A stretch of DNA of 63,992 bases, filler included, from Reclinomonas americana ATCC 50394 (lineage: Eukaryota): NCBI GenBank assembly GCA_048213135.1. It is 15 parts of 15 records of this genome, joined end to end, with 100 filler letters (N's around TTAATTAATTAA, not from the genome) between each part and the next. Parts side by side here need not be neighbours in the genome. Positions count along the whole stretch, not along the records: positions 62,360 to 63,992 come from AFZH01019812.1; 14 more parts are not named here. One strand, given 5' to 3'. Shown piece after piece: positions 62,406 to 63,992 of this stretch. Within the stretch, counting starts at the first letter, position 1. Each line of letters opens with the position of its first letter. The position numbers and the translations under genes are program-made. The notes under the pieces were generated by a model that was not told the origin of the DNA, did not search any database, and saw only the letters and a list, made by a program, of their open reading frames with translations.

Positions 62406-63992
62406 CTCTCCAGCATGCGGTTCGTGTGTGACGAGCGGCGATTGTGTTGCAGAGGTGGCAAGCCTGGCGCCGCCGTAAACGACGACTGGCGCAGACGAGT
62501 GGCTGCGGTAGGTGTGGTGAACACGTAAACAAACAAGCAACCATCATCATCATCATCATCACCCTAACCTTCGTCAGTCTCGTTGATCACTGGCGCCGAT
62601 CGCACCAACCAGCCTGATGGAATAACACCTGGTGGGAGAGTGTACAGTAAGCACACACAGTCGCAAACGAAAAAAGAATCACTGTCGTGCGCAACTCTGA
62701 CCAGGCAGTGGCGGAGGAGCAACTGAGCGAGAATAAGGGGCGACAGTCAGTGGGACTCTTCACGGTGAAATCATCGCAGACGACACCACACAACGCAACT
62801 CAGTGCGGGCGGCGACGCAGGAACGAATGCACTGGCAAAATGCGTGGTGACGGGCGAGCGAATCTGGCGTGGCGACATCGAGAGCGGCGGGGAGGCGGAC
62901 GGAGGGGAGCCGGGAAGACCGTGATACGAGTAGCCAATGATCGGCATCAGCTGCGCGACATCATCATGCATGTTGAGGGAGCTGTTGAGAGTCACCGGTC
63001 CTGCTCCGCCTAATAATGACACTTTTTTTTGAGTCACAACACCGATAGCAAGTAAAAGAGCCAGTAAGCAACACGCTGCGCACCGGCACCACCAGTGATG
63101 AGTTGCGGCAGTCGGCGAAGGCGAGGCAGATTCGGCTGCGTGACAACACACGAGTGAGACAGAATCACATGCAAGCATGCAGATGGCATACATATGCACC
63201 CTGCGTCCCACAGTTTCCTCGGGCGCACGGTGACGAATGGCCTGCACATGCAGCGGAACGAGATCGTGCATCGCTACAATGGGGGCCGCCATTGGAGGCG
63301 CCACACTTGTGAAGCGCGCGGCAATAGGAGACACGGCTGCCAAGAGTCGTGTGTCAACAATATGAGGAACCACAAAACTGAGCATTTTCTGCCACGTACC
63401 AGGCACAACCACAAGCAGCGACTTGTCGTCTGCAACAATCGTGGCCACTGGCTTTGGCGGTGTCATAGGTGACAGCATAGCGCCCTCACCCGCATCCACG
63501 CCCTTCATGTCGTTCGCATCCACGCCCTTTGCTTCGCCAGCATCCATGCCCTTTGTCGTCCCGGCGGCTGCTCGCAAGTCACGAGTTATTCACCTCACCA
63601 TCTCCGACTGACAAGCACACACATGCACTCACCAAGAGCTTTCTCCATCAACAGCTCCTCTTCCTCCTTCATGGTCTTGCGCAGCTTGCGACGAGCGCAG
63701 CACACGCACCAGAGTACAAGCAGACTGACGACAACGACGCCGGCAATGATAACAGTCCACCACCAGCACATGAATCCCGAACAGCTCACATCGTCCGCTG
63801 ATGTCGTCACCGAGTCGCCAGTGCTGCTGCCTGGTGTGGTCGGGTTCGTGGTGGAGGAGCCGCCATCGGTGGTCGACGGTGGATCCAATTCGGGATCGCC
63901 ACCGACATCGACAGGCACTGGCACGACGGTGCCGGCGGCGGACGCCTCAGGGCTCGCCGGAGTCACCACGCGGAAAATACCCGAGCCGCCAA
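62406..63992 (-). CDS. Single-pass type-I-like membrane protein, internal portion
   Basis: S/T/P/G-rich stalk, TM WWWTVIIAGVVVVSLLVLWCVCC, basic stop-transfer ARRKLRK, then several low-complexity cytoplasmic exons. Confidence 0.65.

Noticed and set aside
62561..62570. CCCTAA telomere-like motif
   Set aside because: Single unit, expected by chance.

Overview
This window is eukaryotic (probably a unicellular protist), GC-rich, intron-rich and dense in microsatellites. It is a draft scaffold broken by 14 artificial 100-bp gap spacers (N44-TTAATTAATTAA-N44). The six-frame ORF track is mostly misleading because the genes are spliced, so I built all gene models by eye from GT-AG exons. In order, the window holds: two tandem RING/TRAF-zinc-finger-coiled-coil-TLDc genes; a GCC2-like GRIP golgin; the C-terminal half of a BtpA-family gene; a Pmp-like (FxxN/GGA) beta-helix repeat gene fragment; a frameshifted beta-hydroxyacid dehydrogenase; an NLR-like NACHT-pentapeptide-14xWD40 gene; a surface protein ending in H-type-lectin-like domains; RPL41; a stand-alone calpain-III protein; a membrane protein; a signal-peptide FkbM methyltransferase; a putative mitochondrial lipase-like plus TPR protein; an MFSD5-like transporter; a double-chromodomain protein; a PH protein; an NCS-like EF-hand protein with CaaX; and a single-pass membrane protein. 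Four observations stand out. (1) The NLR carries a ubiquitin-tail mimic directly followed by a cryptic acylation signal (LALRGG|GCGAS). (2) Its WD40 array is hypervariable at HET-E-like positions. (3) Atypical GTTGCG/GTTGAG splice donors recur across genes. (4) A dispersed ~50-bp intergenic element forms inverted pairs. No database searches were run; family calls come from recalled motifs.
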